Shown: in pieces, positions 60,062 through 64,000 of the stretch | How positions within the stretch are numbered: the stretch's first letter is position 1 | How the letters are laid out: each line of letters begins with the position of its first letter | Assembly: GCA_965249555.1 (NCBI GenBank) | Contig: OZ252243.1 | Coordinates: forward strand, 1,632,001 to 1,696,000 | Direction: 5' to 3' | DNA from: Nitrosopumilus sp. | GTDB lineage: Archaea; Thermoproteota; Nitrososphaeria; Nitrososphaerales; Nitrosopumilaceae | Length of the DNA: 64,000 nt | Program-made: the position numbers and the translations under genes | The notes under the pieces: generated by a model | What the model saw: only the letters and a program-made list of their open reading frames with translations | Databases searched by the model: none | Told to the model about the DNA's origin: nothing

Positions 60062-60406
60062 CTACTCTTTGTTGATAAAGAGATTCAACATAGTTCGTCC
60101 CTTGTCTGTGATTGTATAGATTACATTTGGTCCTACTGGTTCTTTTTCTATAAAGTTGTAATTCACACACAGATGTAGATAATTCAAAAATGATTTCTTC
60201 ATTCTGATCTTTGACTTTGAATACAAATTTGAGAATGTCATGGGATTTCCTCTAAGTTGATACAACAGCTTCAACAGTGATAGAGTACTGTAATCTCGTG
60301 TTCTTGCTTTTACTGCATCAAGTATTTGCACGTCTCTTTCTATGATGAAATCTTCGAATTGGTCGGCTACTTCTAGTGGCACATATGTTAGTCTTGTTCG
60401 CATCAT
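60062..60406 (-). CDS. Winged helix-turn-helix transcriptional regulator
   Basis: MTFSNLYSKS...FLNYL...NFIEK...YTITDKGR..L wing signature. Confidence 0.85.
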   Translation of the reverse strand: MMRTRLTYVPLEVADQFEDFIIERDVQILDAVKARTRDYSTLSLLKLLYQLRGNPMTFSNLYSKSKIRMKKSFLNYLHLCVNYNFIEKEPVGPNVIYTITDKGRTMLNLFINKE

Positions 60407-60409
60407 ACT

Positions 60410-60428
60410 GTATGGTACGGTACATTAC
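60410..60428. promoter_or_regulatory. Two adjacent GTACnwTAC sites between the TATA box and start codon of the wHTH gene
   Basis: GTATGGTAC (60410-60418) and GTACATTAC (60420-60428); minus-strand TATA-like CTAATAAA immediately upstream. Confidence 0.7.
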
Positions 60429-60581
60429 TTTATTAGTCTTTAACTTTAGCTTTGTTGATCTACCTAGCTGGTTTTTTTACACCTAGATCTCGATAGATGA
60501 ATCCAGGTTTATTGCAATTGTTAGAATTGTGAAATTATAATGAATAATCTCCTTTAAACAACGAAAATCTGAACGTTCTTT

Positions 60582-61517
60582 GTGGAAGTAGCAGTAAGTG
60601 CAATCCTAACTGTAGTTGGATTAGTAATGTTATGTTTTGGTGGAAATTGGTTAGTCAACGGTGGTGTAAACATTGCAAAAAAATTCCGAATAAGTAATCT
60701 TGTAATAGGAATGACTATTGTGGCATATGGTACTTCAACTCCAGAACTTGCTGCTAGTGTTGCTGCAGCAGGAGAACATAGTGCAATTATTCTAGGAAAT
60801 GTTATTGGAAGTAATATTGCAAACATTGGAATGGTGATTGGCATATCTGCAATGCTTATTCCTCTTGCAGTAAGAAAATCTATTTTACGAAAAGAAATTC
60901 CAATCATGTTGGGTGTTTCTCTTTTGCTTATTTTGCTTTCAGTTGATGGTGAACTTTCTACATATGATGGAATAATATTACTTGGTGGATTAGGTGTGTT
61001 TACATTTTATACATTCAAAGATGCAATGAAACATAGAGAGGAAAACAAAGAGACAAATGAAAAAGGAAAAAGCAACATATATCTAAAATCTATCGGATTA
61101 ATTGGAATAGGTGTTGCACTTTTGTATGTTGGTGCATTTCTTACAGTTGATAATGCTGTAATTTTAGCACAAGAGTTTGGATTATCAGAAAAAATTATTG
61201 GGTTGACTGTAATTGCAATTGGAACTTCTCTTCCAGAATTAATAACATCAATAATTGCAATTAGAAAGGGTCATGCAGATATTGGCATTGGTACCATTAT
61301 TGGAAGTAACATCTACAACATTTTGATGATAATGGGGATCGGTGCTGCGCTTGGAGGTATAATGATTGGTGCTGATGTTTATGTTGATTATGCAATAATG
61401 ATTATCTTTAGCGTTTCATTACTGATTGCTCTAAAAACTGGAATTATCAATAAAGCTATGGGTGTTTGTTTGACTATTGGCTATGTTGCATTTCTTGTAG
61501 TCACGTTTTTCAAGTAA
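60582..61517 (+). CDS. Ca2+/Na+ antiporter (YrbG/CaCA family)
   Basis: Alpha repeats GTSTPE...GSNIAN and GTSLPE...GSNIYN. Confidence 0.94.
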   Translation: MEVAVSAILTVVGLVMLCFGGNWLVNGGVNIAKKFRISNLVIGMTIVAYGTSTPELAASVAAAGEHSAIILGNVIGSNIANIGMVIGISAMLIPLAVRKSILRKEIPIMLGVSLLLILLSVDGELSTYDGIILLGGLGVFTFYTFKDAMKHREENKETNEKGKSNIYLKSIGLIGIGVALLYVGAFLTVDNAVILAQEFGLSEKIIGLTVIAIGTSLPELITSIIAIRKGHADIGIGTIIGSNIYNILMIMGIGAALGGIMIGADVYVDYAIMIIFSVSLLIALKTGIINKAMGVCLTIGYVAFLVVTFFK

Positions 61518-61537
61518 TTTGTGCCTGAATTTGGCAT

Positions 61538-62896
61538 TTAGATAGAATTCACCATAATGTTTTCAACCTTAATTGATGGTACAATGGATGGAAGTGATGC
61601 CCATTGAATTACATTTTTTTGATTGTTTCCAATTTCTGAAATATTTTTTATCATAGTTGGAAGATTATGAATTATTCTTACTGATCTTCCAGATCCCTTT
61701 ATTTTACCATTTTCAATAATTCTTATACCACTTCTTGCTGTACATGAAAAATCACCTTTAATTGGATTTACTGCATATGTATACCATAATCTTCCAACTA
61801 ACAATCCATGTTTTGTATTTTTGATCATATCTTCTTGAGAAATATTTCCTGGATTTATTTTGAGATTATGTGGTGCTGAAATTGGTATTGGTTCAGAACT
61901 TCTTCCCATAGGCGAACCTGCTCTTGACGCATTACCTGAAGATAGTTTTCCTTCTTTGTAACTATCAAATAGATTTGAAAAAGTATTCTTGAAAATTCCT
62001 CTCTCTATTAAACTTCTTTTTTGAGTTTTTACTCCTTCGTCATCTATAGATTTTGTTCCAATTCCTTCTGGCATGTGTGGATCATCAATCAAACTCAATT
62101 GTTCAGTTGCTATTTTTTCTTCAAAATTATTTGAAAAACAACTTTTCTTTTCTGAAAATGTTTTAAAGTTAAAATTTGCTGCAACAACAAATGCCAATAG
62201 TTCTCCTACTGAATATGGTTCAAAAATTATAGAATATTTGTCTGAATCAATTTTTTGTGGGTTTATTGATTCAATACACATAACTTTTGCGTCATTTCCA
62301 ACTTGTTCTGCGGAAAAATTTGTTAATGTTCTGCAACTTGCGTGTCCTATTCCTGATACTGGTATGACTCCAGATTCTGATTCTGCATTAATAATTCCTG
62401 AAATGTATGTTGCCTTATCATTTAGATACAATTCATTGGAATTTGCCAACTCAAAGTTCTCTGAAACTATGTTTAGTGATCCTGTAATCGTATTTACTGT
62501 ATCATTATTTGCTGAATTTATCATATTTTGTGCGATATCCATTACATCTGTGCCGGAAATCTTCTCTATTTTTTCATCAAATGTTCCCTCTAGTTGTTTG
62601 TATGTTGTATCTGGTGCTAGTCCATTCCAAAAATCTCTTGATTTAAGCTTCCTTGATGTCTCAAATGCACTATCAATTACCTTTTCTATCTCTTCTTGGT
62701 TTGTTGTTTGAATTGATACGATTTTTTTGTCATGAATTAATCTTATACCATAATTTTCATCAAAGTTTTGCTTAATTTCTGCAATTTCTGAATCAGTGAT
62801 TCTTACTGTGATAATCTTTTTTTTTACAACAACTATCTCGCATTCATTAATTCCAATGTTCTTTGAATGATTCAATGCCTTATCTAAGGCAGACAA
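61538..62896 (-). CDS. TldD/PmbA family protein (PmbA/TldE-like)
   Basis: DDEGV...LIERG, SGNASR, NPIKGDFS, ENGKI; no HExxxH. Confidence 0.9.
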   Translation of the reverse strand: MSALDKALNHSKNIGINECEIVVVKKKIITVRITDSEIAEIKQNFDENYGIRLIHDKKIVSIQTTNQEEIEKVIDSAFETSRKLKSRDFWNGLAPDTTYKQLEGTFDEKIEKISGTDVMDIAQNMINSANNDTVNTITGSLNIVSENFELANSNELYLNDKATYISGIINAESESGVIPVSGIGHASCRTLTNFSAEQVGNDAKVMCIESINPQKIDSDKYSIIFEPYSVGELLAFVVAANFNFKTFSEKKSCFSNNFEEKIATEQLSLIDDPHMPEGIGTKSIDDEGVKTQKRSLIERGIFKNTFSNLFDSYKEGKLSSGNASRAGSPMGRSSEPIPISAPHNLKINPGNISQEDMIKNTKHGLLVGRLWYTYAVNPIKGDFSCTARSGIRIIENGKIKGSGRSVRIIHNLPTMIKNISEIGNNQKNVIQWASLPSIVPSIKVENIMVNSI

Positions 62897-64000
62897 TCAT
62901 TTTCTCCTTGGATTTTTATAATTAAATTTGTTGATTTTAATTAATTCTGCATATGATCCAAATTTAGAAATGTCTGTAATTTTGTCAAGCTTATCTTCAA
63001 CTTCATTTTCAAACTTTCTTAGAATATTGTAGGTGGTATCTCTTTCTGCTGGAATTCTTCCAATTTCTTTTACTAGTCTCCTTATTTCTTTAGGTCTTAA
63101 TAACTGACCATGTTCTGAACCTGCAGATGTTGATATGCTTTCATTGATCAGTGTACCGCCAAAATCATTTGCTCCCCACATAAGTAATAGTTGAGACATT
63201 TTTTGACCTTCTTTTACCCATGACATCTGAAGATTATTAATAGAATTGTTCAACATAATTCTTGCAATTGCGTGTGTGAGTAGAACATCATTTCCACCTG
63301 CACCATCCTTAATTCCATCATGTAATTGATGTTTGTACATTGGTGCTTCCTCTGGAATGAAATTTAATGGAACAAATTCTGTAAATCCTTTTGTCTCCTT
63401 TTGAATTTCTCTTAATTTTGCAATATGTTTTACCCTATCTTCAAGTGTCTCTAGATGTCCAAACATCATAGTTGATGTTGTGTTGATTCCCATTTTGTGA
63501 GCAGTCTTGATAACTTTCTCCCAATCTTTTACACTGATTCTACCTGGAGATATCTTATCTCTGAGATCTTGATCAAGAATTTCAGCAGATGTTCCTGGCA
63601 GTGTGTTTACTCCAGCTTCTTTCATCCTCTTTAGAAATTCTTCAATTGATATCTCTGATCTTGTTGCTCCGTATAGAATCTCTTCGGGAGAAAATCCATG
63701 AATGTGAATATCTGGTATTTCTTTTTTGATTTCTCTGCATATGTTTTCATACAAGTCCCCTTCCATATCTGGTGGTAATCCTGCTTGAATGCAAACTTCA
63801 GTTGCACCTAGATTATGTGCCTCTTTTGCCCTTCGTACAATCTCTTCAGTTGGTAGGAAATATCCTTCATCCTCTCGAAAATCTCTACTAAATGCACAAA
63901 AACCACATTTCTTGATACAGACGTTTGTAAAATTGATATTTCTATTAACTACATATGATACAACATCACCAACTCTTCTTCTTCTAATTTCATCTGCAAC
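62897..64000 (-). CDS. cofH: FO synthase subunit CofH (5' end outside the window)
   Basis: Frame open to the window edge with NRNINFTNVCIKKCGFCAF; PGTSAEIL, QMSWVK, GGTLINESIS. Confidence 0.9.
   Translation of the reverse strand, partial: VADEIRRRRVGDVVSYVVNRNINFTNVCIKKCGFCAFSRDFREDEGYFLPTEEIVRRAKEAHNLGATEVCIQAGLPPDMEGDLYENICREIKKEIPDIHIHGFSPEEILYGATRSEISIEEFLKRMKEAGVNTLPGTSAEILDQDLRDKISPGRISVKDWEKVIKTAHKMGINTTSTMMFGHLETLEDRVKHIAKLREIQKETKGFTEFVPLNFIPEEAPMYKHQLHDGIKDGAGGNDVLLTHAIARIMLNNSINNLQMSWVKEGQKMSQLLLMWGANDFGGTLINESISTSAGSEHGQLLRPKEIRRLVKEIGRIPAERDTTYNILRKFENEVEDKLDKITDISKFGSYAELIKINKFNYKNPRRK

Noticed and set aside
611-62711. Numerous antisense or nested track ORFs (e.g. 3202-3567, 12291-12761, 21907-22422, 41045-41605, 58689-59090, 62073-62711)
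   Set aside because: They lie opposite well-supported genes and show the Ser/Ile/Phe-rich composition typical of shadow frames.

Overview
AT-rich archaeal chromosome segment whose gene content and protein sequences fit an ammonia-oxidising Nitrosopumilus-like thaumarchaeote (inferred; no amo or rRNA gene is in the window). The left ~27 kb is core metabolism: rps24e/rps27ae, apgM, thiDN/thiC, a full archaeal shikimate-aromatic operon, futalosine menaquinone genes and tRNA-Arg(GCG). A decayed accessory patch at 27.7-32.9 kb holds an IS110 remnant with a structured bridge/seekRNA-like end, a PemK-like toxin and an NRAMP pseudogene. Housekeeping genes follow (lysS, elp3, purM). The most notable part is a ~16 kb nitrogen/nickel island at 44.9-60.4 kb. 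It contains ureDGFE/ureABC; a coupled operon of ureohydrolase, UreA-like paralog and Ni permease; a non-DUR3 SSS transporter; a His-tailed group II chaperonin lacking both catalytic aspartates; and a wHTH regulator. A shared GTACnwTAC operator links the ureohydrolase, transporter and regulator promoters. Together these suggest a regulated pathway that imports a guanidino compound and turns it into urea and then ammonia. All calls come from manual reading and motif recognition; no database searches were run.
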